Shown here in pieces: positions 38,143 through 50,921 of a DNA stretch of 64,000 nucleotides (the first letter of the stretch is position 1; the number at the start of each line of letters is the position of its first letter). Made by a program: the position numbers and the translations under genes. The notes beneath the pieces were generated by a model. The model saw only the letters and a program-made list of their open reading frames with translations. It did not search any database and was not told where the DNA came from. Source of the stretch: Octopus vulgaris (taxonomy: Eukaryota); the NCBI GenBank assembly GCA_951406725.2, contig OX597816.1, forward strand, positions 36,890,001 to 36,954,000, in the 5' to 3' direction.

Positions 38143-39284
38143 TTACTTCTTATTCAATATTAAGGGCAAATTTCTTCCGGGTCGAAGGGAACGTACTTAG
38201 AAATATTAGATTATGTACTTTTACGTTGTGCCTTCAAATTCCAATTTTCTTTCTGTCATTTTAGGGTCGATGATAGTATTAGTACAAATAAAATGCTGGG
38301 GTACCACATAATCGACAGCTCATTCCCCGAAGGAAAAATGTCTAGCGTAGTTCCTTTTATATATCAATTAATTATATAAAACCAGTGTGTATAAGGAATA
38401 ATATAGTGCTCTATTGTATACAATTCGATATTTAGTCCTAATTTCATATACGTCTACAGTTGACACCTGCCATGTACAAACAGTTTATTTCTCCTAATGT
38501 TTAATATTTATAAACTTATTAAGATTAATTTCATTTAGTAACATATATTTGAAAAAGCAAAATATTTGAAATATTCTCTCATTACTAACAACATTATTAT
38601 TAATTTACTGATCATCATGACATTAGCAGCTGAATTTAATTTGCAAACACAGTTGTTTGTGGTCTAAGATATTACCGCAAGGTCTAAAATGTGTGGCGCT
38701 GTAGCGTAGATCTCAATTTATTTGAAATAAAATCTCTAAATGGATTTAAATAATTAGATATATATTTCAGAACTGATAATGATTTCTCCTTCAGACGTCA
38801 TACTTCTGTTATTTATGACTTATCACATATTGTAATGTTATTTTGAGATATAATCTATTATAAAAAGGAGCAGCGAAGCATCAGATTCAGTGCCTTGATT
38901 TGTTCCTAGTAATGAATGACCTTTAAGTTCTGTGTTTAATTCTTGTCGAGGCCAACACCATTCATCTTTCTGGGGGTCAGTAAAAGGACTACAAGAATTG
39001 ATTGCATCAATTTTACCCATCCCTCTAAAAATACTTGTTGGAAATCACATTATTAATTTTCCTTTTAGTAGAATGAACACATAGGCTTTTCGAAATCACG
39101 AAATGCAGTAAAGGTTTTCATCATTTTATGGGTTGTATAAACACTTTATTGATGAAACGTCCTTGACAGTGTCAGTAAACACTTAGTCTCTAACAATTTG
39201 TAAATAGGTGCAACAGAAAAGATAGCTCGTAGATGCAAGGATTAAGAACACAACATAGGTTGTAAGTATTTTTAAAAGAAATAA

Positions 39285-39500
39285 GGCAGTGAACTTGAAG
39301 AATCGTAAGCACGCCCGTCAAAGTGCTTAGAGGCATTTGGTCCGTCTATATTTTCTGAGTTCAAATTTCGCCGAGGTTGATTTTACTTTTCATATTTTCG
39401 GGCCGATAAAATAAGTACCTCTTAATTACTAGGGTCGGTGCAATCGGCTAGCACTTTCCCCTGAAATTCTTGGTCTTGTCCAAAAATTTGAAAGCAATAA
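39285..39500 (+). mobile_element. Degenerate SINE family B
   Basis: GAGTTCAAATTTCGCCGAGGTTGATTTTACTTTTCAT..ATAAGTACC; other decayed copies near 55000-55200 and 57085-57280. Confidence 0.7.
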
Positions 39501-39544
39501 CTTTAATATAAATGATGCACTCACATGAACTCAGAAAACGGTAT

Positions 39545-39945
39545 TTAATACTTTCTACTATAGGAACGAGGCCTGAAATTTAGGGGAGGAGGATAATAGG
39601 TTACATAGACCCAAGTGTTTTACTGGGACTTAAGCTATCGACCTCGAAAGGATGAGAGGCAAAGTCGACCTCGACGGAATTTGAACTCACAACTTTGCGG
39701 CAGGCGAAATACCTATTTCGTTACTACCCACAAGGGGCTAAACACAGAGAGAACAAACAAGGGCAGACGAAGGGATTAAGTCGATTACATCGACCCCAGT
39801 GCATAGCTGGTACTTAATTTATCGACCCCAAAAGGATGAAAGGCAAAGTCGACCTCGGCGGAATTTGAACTCAGAACATAACGGCAGGCGAAATACCGGT
39901 AAACATTTCGTCCAGCGTGCTAACAATTCTGCCAGCTCGCCGCCT
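39545..39945 (-). mobile_element. SINE family B, two units
   Basis: Head at 39945, two cores, tail ..CCTATAGTAGAAAG. Confidence 0.88.
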
Positions 39946-40743
39946 ACCGAATTATTTTCGCTCTAAAGGTAGTTGATATCCACGAACTAAATGTCAAACA
40001 AGCTGCAGCAAAAGATGTAAGAACAGGCGCTGTAGATTTAGGAAACATTTAGCGCACTTGGTAGTGACAACAAATTATCGCATTGTATTTCCCATTTATT
40101 ATCAATTAACTCTTTATGTGGTGACATTTGCCTGTCACTCATTGCAGGAACTGTGTTGCTTAAACACCACTATTTAACACCGCTATTTAACTGCTTATCC
40201 AAGGACATCAAATAGAATAAGCTATATCTGCAGAAAATATTTCATTTCATTATAACTTTCTACAATCGGTTTTCAGAGAAGCTTCTAGGTTGCTTTGAAA
40301 AGTTAAATCCTTCAGATATATCTAGCTTTCGAAGCTTTCTTTGGTAAAAGATTCCATTAAAACACCCATCAAAGACATCTGTTAATCTAATTCAAATGGT
40401 GTGATCGACCTTCCAGTGACATATTATGGCTACCATGACAAGATATTGCAGTTTTCTAATTCCGTTTATTCACAAATCTATATATGCTCAAATCGATATA
40501 TATATGTATATATATATATATACCATACAAAAACCTAACACCACAAAAGTCAACAACTCTCGTTGTATTATCGTTTTCTTAAAAATCTTTACTAAAGCGA
40601 AACACAATAGAAATTTCACATACAAACAAAGCAGCTTCACACAACGAAATAACTTTAAACAACCTCCAAAAATCACTACGCTAACGCCCTTTAAATCAAA
40701 GCATAACATTTGTTCAACATCAAATATATATACTTCCAAATAT

Positions 40744-40881
40744 AGGCGTAGGAGTGACTGTGTGGTAAGTAGCTTGCTTACTAACCACATAGTTCTGGGT
40801 TCAGTTTTCTACTATAGCTTCGGGCCGACCAAAGCCTTGTGAGTGGATTTGGTAGAGTGAAACTGAAAGAAGCCCGTCGTA

Positions 40882-40946
<65 letters not shown>

Positions 40947-41180
40947 ATGTATATGTGTGTGTATATGTTTGTGTGTCGGTGTTTGTCCCCCCATCATCGC
41001 TTGACAACCGATGCTGGTGTGTTTACGTCCCCGTAACTTAGCGGTTCGGCAAAAGAGACCGATAGGTTAAGTACTAGGTTTACAAAGAATAAGTGCTGGA
41101 GTCGATTTGCTCAACTAAAGGCGGTGTTCATGCATGGTCACAGTCAAATGACTGAAACAAGTAAAAGAGTAAAAGAGTAA
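40744..41180 (+). mobile_element. SINE family A
   Basis: Matches 4580-4940; tail (GTAAAAGA)n. Confidence 0.88.
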
Positions 41181-41589
41181 ATATAATTATTAGAAACCTC
41201 ACCCAATCGTTTCTATATAATCTTTATCATAATCTTTTACTGCACCAAATAGAATTGGTTGAGCCAAGATTCAACTAATTCGATAGAAGATTTTTTTCTC
41301 AGAATCCTAGAAAATAATGATTAAAATATATATTTGCATTAAGAATAGAATCATTAATGTGACAGCTTTTTGGTATATCACCATAAAATTATATATTTGA
41401 ATTTCTTCATGCAACAAACATTATATTATACATGCACGTGGGCATCCTTCTTCTACACTCTTGCTAAAATTCGAAGGCATATATATGTGTGTGTATGTGT
41501 GTATGCGTGTATACATGTGTAATGTATCATGTATATATATATGTGTGTGTGTGTGTTATATATACATACATATATATAAAAATAAATAA

Positions 41590-43450
41590 AAAATATTTTA
41601 AAATGCACATTAAGTACGGGACATCACCAATGGGTAAAAAATACGTAAACACACGAGAGACAAGTACAGGACAAAAATACCCCCAAAAATGCACAATAAA
41701 TACAGGAATCACTAAGGAGTGAAAAATACGTAAACACATAACGAGAGACAAGTCTAACTCAAAAGAAGTCTAACTCGTAGGTATTTTGTCCTATACTTAT
41801 CTCTCGTGTGTTTACGTATTTTTTACCCGTTGATGATGTCCTCTACTTAATGTGTATTTTTTTTATTTATTGATAATCGAACCCCACACAGCTTTGTCCA
41901 CAGTAAGATCTTACATTTATATATAATTTCTGCGATTCCACACATTGTTTTCTTTCCTTCTCTCTATCTCTCTATATTCCTCTTTATTTTCCGTTTCTAC
42001 CCCCTCCTTCTTCGCTGTCTCCTGTCTTACTTCCACTCTTCTATGTTTCGTTCTTTCTCCCTTCTCCCCACTCCCTTTGTGTCTTTCGTTCATCCTCTCT
42101 CTTGTCCGCCTTCATCTTTGCCTGTTGGTTACACGTGACTACAGGCCATTCTTCTCTCGCCTCTGCCTTTTCTGGACCAGACGTCCACCTAGCTGGACGT
42201 CATTTCTTTTGCCTCCTGACATTTTTCTCTTCTACTATTTTCTTCTCGTCTAGTTATTCTATATTCTTTCAAAATCTCTCCCAGACGTTACCCGTGACAA
42301 TTCGTCTTGGCCCAACGGCCCATAATGTTTGTCTTCGTCGATTGCTTACTCTGTACGTCCACTCTGTTGTTCTTTTTCGCTCAACGACCTAACTCTTCAC
42401 AAATTTTATATTTTTAAAAATTCTGGATGCTGCTGTCTTATCAATTTTCCTATCTTGTCGTTGAAAGCACGAAATAGGGAGTAATAAACAGTCGAAAAGT
42501 GAGGAGGAGTCAGACTTCTTTTGTTATTTTTTCCTGTACTTGTCTCTCGTTATCTTGTTACGTAGTTATTCGTAGTTGGTGATGTCCTGTACTTCTTGTG
42601 CATTTTTTCTTATTTTGTCCTGTACTTATCTCTCGCGTGTTTACGCATTTTTCACCAAATGCTTCTATGGAAGTGAGCATAGGAAGAGTAGTACTCGTAT
42701 GAGTGTTAGTGTGTTTATATATGCGTATAGAGTTGCGCAAGTGAAGAAATATAGTGGAGGTGGTTAGTAGTAGTTGGGTGCTTGTATGTGTGTATTTGTA
42801 TGTGTGTGTAATGATTAGTTTGGGATTCTGAAAGCGTGTAAGCGTAGAGGTGAGAACGTGTGCGAGGGTGGGGGAATAGAGGTTTTCATGAAGCACATGG
42901 AATGGCTAAAAGAAGGTGGAAGATGCTATTGATGTATTTACAAGTGTACAACAAATATATATATATAGGAGTGAGTAAACTTTTTCTTTTGTTTAAACAA
43001 AGAGTGAGGATACAAACTAAAATTTGAAGTTGTTAGAAAAGTTATTGAATTCCGTGAAGAGAAGCAAAATCAAAGAAATTAGTAAAAATTACGCAACAAT
43101 GAAGACAGCTGGAGAATTTGGGAGAGTATCCACAGGAAGAGACGAAACTGGTCACATTTATCAAAGAGTAGAGTCAAGAAGAGAAATTGGACAGTTAATG
43201 TAGTATAAAACAAAATAGAATAGCGGAGGGAAATTTTGTTTTTGTGCAAGAGACGAGTAGGTAAAAAGGGAAGATGAACTAAGAAGTAGCGTACATGACA
43301 GTGATGGCAGGCTAAAGAATGAGTAGCGGTCAAGCAGAGAGGATGGGTGGAAGGTGGAATGAAACATATAGGCCAAAACTTTCAACCATCCAGGGATGGA
43401 TTTAGGTCTGCCTACAGACTTCAGTGAGCCCAAGTGCCAAGGTGTGTGAG
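41590..43450. repeat. Complex repeat with inverted and direct sub-repeats, unclassified (possibly PLE termini)
   Basis: 41600-41680 is inverted at 41779-41865 and recurs at 42520-42650. Confidence 0.5.
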
Positions 43451-45194
43451 TACGTCAACGAAACATGATCGTAGACAGATGGTTGTATATACATATGTGT
43501 CTGTGTACGAAGAGTAGGCATTTGAGTTATATTTGGTTATCCATATGCCTGTGCATGTGCGATAGATATTTAGTGCATTTTAGGAAAAACCTCGTAACAC
43601 CCGTTTAAGAAAGAGCTCCTATGCTTTTGTTTGGCTACCACATATTATATATCAGAGTATATAAGGGTATGCAGAATTCCTTTGTGTTTAGGATTAATAT
43701 AATACTACGAATAATAATATAACAGAGATGAGAGTCAACAGGCTTAAATGGTAGATCACGACGTACGTTTCTGCACCCAACATCAGATTTAATTTGCAAG
43801 GTTCATATTCTTATAGCATCATATATGATTACTCTTAATAATTATTATGTAGTTAATTTTTTTTAAACAACAGGTACATGCGGAAGCGTTAGCGGGCGTG
43901 GTCCGATAAAATATCAGTAAAATCTAGCAGTTATTTATGGGGCTTCACCCGATGAAGAGCCCACATGAAGATTGTTATAATACAACGCCAGCGTCCAGCA
44001 CATTATTTTTTTCGAGGGCCTATCATGCTGGTATTTCAGGCTCCGTCGTTGAATCGAGAAATGTAGATTGATTGTTTTTATCATTTTCTTTACCTTCGTC
44101 GTATCTTGAAACACATTTACAAATAATTGTAGACGTATTTATTTTCCCCGTGATTCATCATTAAGGAAGCAATTAAAATAAAAAGTGAATAATACAAAGA
44201 AGCAAATATAAAAAAAAACAAAGTAAAAATAATTTTCTTTTAAGCGAGAAAATGTTGTATGTTTTCTGAAGGGTATATATCGAAAGCAGTATAGCTATAC
44301 CTATTTAGAAATGAGGTAAGATTATCCACTTGTATGTTTAAGGAACGTTGAACTCCGGAAACTTGTTCAGTTACTCTAAACATTGGGAACATAATGAGAT
44401 ACTTGACACACAATATATCAACTTACTTTCTTGTAAATATATATTCAGAGAAAAGTATGGAAAAGAATAACAGGTCAATCATAGTTTTATGTTGTAAGCC
44501 ATGAAGAGGTCACAAGAACAGACACTAAATGGTTTCCTTTGTTAATTTCTGACGCTTATCTCAGAGGCTAACATTTTGTGTACAAATATCGCTGGAGTTG
44601 TCTTCATTTTCTTCTTTTTTATTCTGTACAAAAACAACACTTCTGTTATATGCAATTCTTACTCTTTACTATATTTTATCAGTTTACGTACATAAAAAAA
44701 AAATTGAAGAATAAACTCCATGCTAAAATATCTTAGAATTTTGAAAAATTTAAATTCTAATTTTGCACACTCTAATATACAAGGCCCAACAAAACGACGC
44801 CTAATACAAGAAAAAAACATAGAGAGACAAACAACAAATAATCACAAAGAAGGAAAAGCGAAGCAGTTTACAGTCATTTATTATCGATAATGGTTATCTC
44901 ATAACAATGTTTTCTCTTTTATTATTATTCTTCTTTCGGTTTGTTTCATTTTCATATTTCTTAAAATAAGTTATAATTATCTCTCTGAATATAGTTACGT
45001 CTTATATGTTCACGTGAGAAACATTGCATGCATGTATACATATCTTTCTAACTGTGTGTGTTTGTAAGTGTGAGAATGTGTAGGTGTGTGAATGTGTGTG
45101 TTTCAACTGCAAATTCTATAGAGACGAACCATTTTCTATACATAAATTTTGAGGAATAGAAGCATAAATGAAATATGAACGGTATATATGGGTG

Positions 45195-45279
<85 letters not shown>

Positions 45280-45283
<4 letters not shown>

Positions 45284-47055
45284 CAATTACATTTTGGAAA
45301 AATTAAAAGAATATTTACATAGTATTCAAATACAAGGGCATTTTGCTTGTTTCTGCCTGTCACTGTCTCTTTTGGTTACTCTTGTGAGTTCGGGGTCGTT
45401 GTGAATTCTTGGCACAGAAGGAGGAGGAGGGGGTGGGGGAGGAGGAGGAAGGGGAAGAGGAGGAAGAGGAGGATAAAAAGAATGCGGGAGTGCCATGATA
45501 CCAGTTGGATGTTAAATGGTCAAGTGCTCTGAAAGTGACTTGTTGTGGATGGTAGCATTGAGTGAATTCTTGAGACATCTCTTTTGAATGTATTGTTTAC
45601 AATATTTGCGTAGGTGTTATTCTAAACAGTAATAGTAGTAAATTAAGGAAGGTGGAGGCGGAGAGGAAGAAGACAAAGAGAAAATAATAAGGGAATGCAG
45701 GTGGTATAATATTAGTAGGATGTTAAAAGGTCAACTGGACTAAAAGTGACTCATTGTTAAAAGCTACATAAGGGACGACCTGGATATGCTCAGTCACCTT
45801 CCTGAAACAATAAACAAAAATACCCTTCTAGTATCCTTCGATGTAGTCAACCTCTATTCCAATATTCCTCACAACCTTAGAATAGCGACAATTCAATTGT
45901 GGCCAGAGATTTACACCTTCATAAAAAGCAAGCGACAACCCAAATCAATGAAAAGTCTCATAACACAAGCCTGAATACGCTCAACAACACAGAAGCCGTC
46001 AGTAAAATATGCGGAAGACCCAACTGTGAGATATGAGTCAATTTAATTGAGGGATCAAAGTTCTCCTTCAAACAGGGACAACGTTTCACAGTGCAAAGCA
46101 GCTTCATATGTGCTTCAGAAAACCTGATATACGCACTAACATGCTCTGGGTGACAAGAGCAATACATAGGCCAAACAAAAAACAGTCTACGTCAAAGGAT
46201 GGGTCTGCACAGATCCCAGACCAAAATTCCTCAAAATAGAAAAATAGCATTCAGCCAACACATCGACATTTGCGCCAATAACAAAAATCCAAGCTTCAGA
46301 ATTTTCCCCCTCTACCAATTCAGGGACGATGCAACCTGTAGCCAACGAATTAATAAAGATACTCTCTTTATTACAAAATACAGACCCCTGCTGAACGCAT
46401 CTACAACAAACGACATATCCACCACGGCCTTAGAATAACACAAACACACGCAAATATAAAAAATGATACATTCAAGAGATATCCAAGAATTCATTAAAAA
46501 ATAGTCCCAATCACTGCTATAATCCACAACGATCCGACTTTAGGTCACTTGACCATTTAACATCCTACTACTATCATACCACCTGCATTCCCTTATTATT
46601 ATCTCTTCTCTTTCTCCTTCTTTTTATTCGTCTTCTTCTTCTCCACCTCCTCCTTCCTTACTTTACTACCTCAAGAATTATTGTCTCAAGAATTCATTCA
46701 CTACTACCACCCACAACAAGTCACTTTCAGTGCACTTTACTATTTAACATCCGACTACTATCATGACACTCACGCATTCCGCATTCTTCTTCTCCTCCGC
46801 TTCCTCCTACGCCTTCTTCTTCTTCGTCACAAGAGTAAACAAGACAGAGTCAAGCAGAAACAAGGAAAATGCCACTTGGATTTGAATGCTATGCAAATAT
46901 TATTTTTAAAGACTTTTCTTTTAATTGTTTTCCATTCTTACAGTTGAAAAAGTCTCAATGACTGAAATCGGTACTGAAATGTTTTTGTTAGAAAAATTTT
47001 TTAGCATTTATTTCTTTCCATATATATAAACTAGTGCATTCCTTTTCAAACTTAT
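45280..47055 (+). mobile_element. Naiad-like PLE, internally deleted, with inverted terminal region
   Basis: SYIRDDLDML..LVSFDVVNLYSNIPH fused to KSKRQPKS..CGRPNCEI*..NLIYALTCSG*QEQYIGQT..R...H..H..LLN. 45290-45755 is an inverted relative of 46430-46935. Degenerate HHR at 46941-46976; ends in (TA)n. Confidence 0.85.
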
Positions 47056-47067
47056 ATATATATATAT

Positions 47068-47400
47068 ATGGCTCAGTGGTTAGAGCGTCGAGCTTACAAT
47101 CGTGAGGTTGTGAGCTCGAATCCCGGACCGGGCTGCGTGTTGTGTTCTTGAGCAAGACATTTTATTTCACGTTGCTCCAGTTCACTCAGCTGTAGAAATG
47201 AGTTGCGACGTCACAGGTGCCAAGCTGTATCGGCCCTTGCCTTTCCCTTGGACAACATCGGTGGCGTGGAGAGGGGAGGCCGGTATGCATGGGCGACTGC
47301 TGGTCTTCCATGAAACAACCTTGCCCAGACTTGTGCCTCAGAGAGTATCTCTCTGGGTGCAAACCCATGGTCAGTGTCTGACCGAAGGGGGTCACTACTA
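47068..47400 (+). mobile_element. SINE with family C head and alternative 3' part
   Basis: TGGCTCAGTGGTTAGAGCG..GCTCGAATCCC..TGTTCTTGAGCAAGACA..; short (CTA)n tail. Confidence 0.85.
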
Positions 47401-47928
47401 TATATATATGTGTGTGTGTATATGTATATTTATATATCTATATATATATATATATGTACGCACACAGGTTTATGTATAAACATGTATATGCATGCCTTTT
47501 TACGTTTTAATAAGTATATATGTATGTATGGGTAAACCACTGTGTATCCGTGCGCGCGCGAGTGCATGTTTGTGTGAGTAGTATCTGGGACTACTTGCAA
47601 ACTGAGTAATTTTAATTTCCAAGAGAAAGGCATTAGTTGTTCGAATGAAGAAGCAAATAATTATTCATTAAGAATCCACTACGATAAGACAGGGAAATTG
47701 CAACTGATTCGCATCCTACACACAAATAGCCACACATACACACACAAACACACAACAGATGTCCGCATTTCTAGTTTGTTGATTAACTGTTATTTGAATT
47801 CTGTATGTGATATGTGTGTATATGATTTTGATTTGATTTTTTGATTTGATTTTGATTTTTCCAGTTTCAGCTTATGAGCTGTGGCCATGCTGGGGCACCG
47901 CCATTTGGTGTTGCTACTTGGTTTCACT

Positions 47929-50921
47929 TCATGAAGGCCTTCTAGCAGCTGCTATTTGGTGCATGAGAGAGTTCGATGCAGCTGCCCTCATCTGCCCCTC
48001 CTGCCGTGAAGTTGGTTCATCTGGGACACCTGACAGGAAGAGATCCAGCTTCATTTTAAAGACATCTGTATCCACCCCATGCAGGTCTCTCAGGTTCTTC
48101 GGGAGGATATTGAAGAGCTGTGGGCCTCGGAAGCCCAGGCTATCACAGAATCTTGTCCTACATCTTGATGGCAAGTTTGGAGTCCTAGGCACCACGCAGT
48201 GGCGCCCAGTTCTGGCATTTGCGTAACTCTCGATGCCAAAGTTCAGGACACTTCCCTCCAGGATCTTCCAGATGTATATTATGGCATATCTTTCCCGCCT
48301 ACGCTCCAGGGAATATAATTTTAATTTCCTGAGTCTTTCCCAGTAGCTTACATTCTGCATATAGGCTATCTTCGTGTAGCTACGTTGGATCGCCTCGAGC
48401 TCTGTGATCAATTTGACACTGGATGGTGACCATAACTGAGAGCAGTAGTCAAAGTGGCTTAGGACAAGTGTCCTCCAGAGGACCATCATGGTTTCTTGTT
48501 CTCTTGTTCTAAAGGTTCTGAGGATCCATCCGGCCAGTCGTCTACATTTCATTGCCAATTTAGCAACATCTACACGAAAGGTCGCGTCATCACTCATGTA
48601 AATACCTAGGTCACGCACTGATTGTGCCTCTGGGATTGCTATTCCTCCGGGTCCAGTGTATTCATTGGGTATTGCATTTAGTTTTGCATGCTGATAGTAT
48701 AGAGCTTGAAACTTTTCAGCATTGAACTGCATGCTATTCTTTTCGGCCCACTTGTATATTTTGTCTAGCTCACATTGCAGGTGTTTAGTGTCCTCAGGGT
48801 TCTGTATTGCCTGTGAAACTTTTGTATCATCTGCATAACTTGTGATCGTGGCTCTCTGCGTGGCTGAGGGCATGTCTGAGAGGGCCATTATGAACAGTAG
48901 TGGTCCCAGAACAGTGCCCTGCGGAACACCGCTCACTATTTGCGTGTTAATGGAAGTGGCCCCATTGGCCACTACCACCTGACTTCTATCTTTCAGAAAG
49001 TCATGAAGCCATTCTCCCAGTTTTCCAACTATGTTGAGATCACGCAGTTTGTGACATATCATTCCATGATCGACTTTATCAAAGGCCTTTGCAAAGTCGA
49101 GATATATCACTTCCACATTTGAGTGGTTGAGCAGCCGTTTCAGCACCTAGTCATAGTGTTGTAGGAGCTGAGTTAAACAGCTTCTCCCTGGTCGGAAACC
49201 ATGTTGGGTGTCGGGCAGCAAGTCATTTTCTTCAAGGAAGGTGATCAGCTTCCTTCTGACTATTCGTTCCATGACCTTGCTGATGTGTGAGGTCAGAGAG
49301 ATAGGTCTATAGTTCTTGGCTTCCGCTCTGCTACCTCCTTTATGAATGGGGCATATTTTACCTTCCTTCAGTTTTCTTGGACGTTTGCCAGCTGCAAGGA
49401 AGCTCTGAAAGAGGAACTGCAGTGGTCTTGCTAGGACTCTCTTACATGCTTTTAGGAGGATTGCCGGGAATCCATCGGGGCCAGTAGCTGAGTCTGTTTT
49501 CATTTCATCTATAGCCTTGATTACATCGTCTTCCTTTATATCGATGTAATCTATCGTCGCCGCCTCTGATTTTATATCTGCAGTGGTAAAAAAGTCAGTT
49601 GGATTAGTGATTTGGAGATGCCCAAGGGGTGGAGTGAAAACACTCTTGAATTGCTCATTCAGTATTTCACTTACCCTCATTGGTTTTCCTGTAAGTGTGC
49701 CATCCTTTTCGAGGAGTGGCCCTATTCTACAGTGCATCGTTGCTGTTTCTTTGGCATACCTGTAGAAAGCTCTGGGGTTAGATTTTATGTTGTCTATAGC
49801 CCAGGCTTCTTTGTCTGCTCTTTCCTTTTCATGGGAGAGTTTCAGACATTTTTCGATTTCCAACAGTTTTATTTTCAGGCGGGACTTTTCACTGCTTTCA
49901 ATCTGTTTGTTTAGGCGATTTGAAAATTTTGTACGCCGTCTCATTAGAATTTTCCTCTCTCTGGGGATTTTGTTCTTGTGTACAGTGGCCTTTCTCTCTG
50001 GGACATATTTGTAGCATATGGCTTGCATTACAGACATGAATTGTTGAAGTTTCACGTCGATGTCTGGCGAGGAGAGACATTTAGGCCAGTTTTGTTTGAG
50101 GATTTCTTTCTCAATTTGTTTCCAGTTTGCCTTATGGTAGTTCAAGCTGGAAAGATTCTGGGGTTTCTTGTAGGCTGCATGTCCGTGCTCTCTTTTGGCC
50201 CGTACATGGTCAGCTCTATCATGTTGTGATCCGAGAGTAGTGTCGGTGTCACTTTCACATTATGGATGAGATCCATGTCATTTGTGAAGCAGAGATCCAG
50301 TGTGTTACCTGCCCTGGTTGGTTGGAGTATTACCTGCTCCATGTACAGGGTGTTGATGAGGTTCAGGAGGGACCTCGCCTGTCCTCGTTCACATCTTGTC
50401 ATTCCTGGGAGAGAAAGGCCCTCGGGCCATCTGACATTTGGCAGATTGAAGTCTCCCATAAGAAGTACACTTATGTGTTGTTCTAATGTGGTTAGAACTT
50501 CTTCTATTTTTATAAGGCAGTCTTCAAACTTGCCCACATGGCTTGGGGCATCTGGAGGGCGGTATGTAGCACACACAACTACATCAAGTTGCCTAATATG
50601 TACAATTAGTGTGTCACACACCGAGTTTGAGTATGACAAGAGGACCTGGGGTGTGAGGTCCTCACGGATGTACATAGCAACACCTCCATGACTCCTTTCT
50701 TTCCTGTCGGTCCGTAGTACAGCATACTGTGGTATGTGTAACTCCGCATCTGCTATATCCGGTTTCAGGTGCGTTTCCGTTAGTGCTATGCATAAGGCTT
50801 GATTGCATGCAACAAAATCTCTCAGGAACGGGATTTTTGTCCTGTTACTGAGTGTTTGCAGTCCTCTGATGTTCAGTAGGAGCATCGAGGTGAGGTGTAC
50901 GTTGTTGCCGGTGGTGTCCAT
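47929..50921 (-). pseudogene. LINE ORF2 (apurinic endonuclease + reverse transcriptase), disrupted
   Basis: NIRGL, LTETHL, GDFN, SDH; YRPISL, QHGFR, YLDFAKAFD, GVPQG, YADD. Frameshift near 50150 and TAG at 49147-49149. Confidence 0.95.

Noticed and set aside
43945-44070. CCGATGA..GAAATGTA hammerhead-like motif
   Set aside because: Stems I and III do not pair adequately
46380-46800. SECIS element downstream of the Naiad ORF
   Set aside because: No convincing AUGA/AA/GA stem-loop found by eye; needs a consensus and SECISearch
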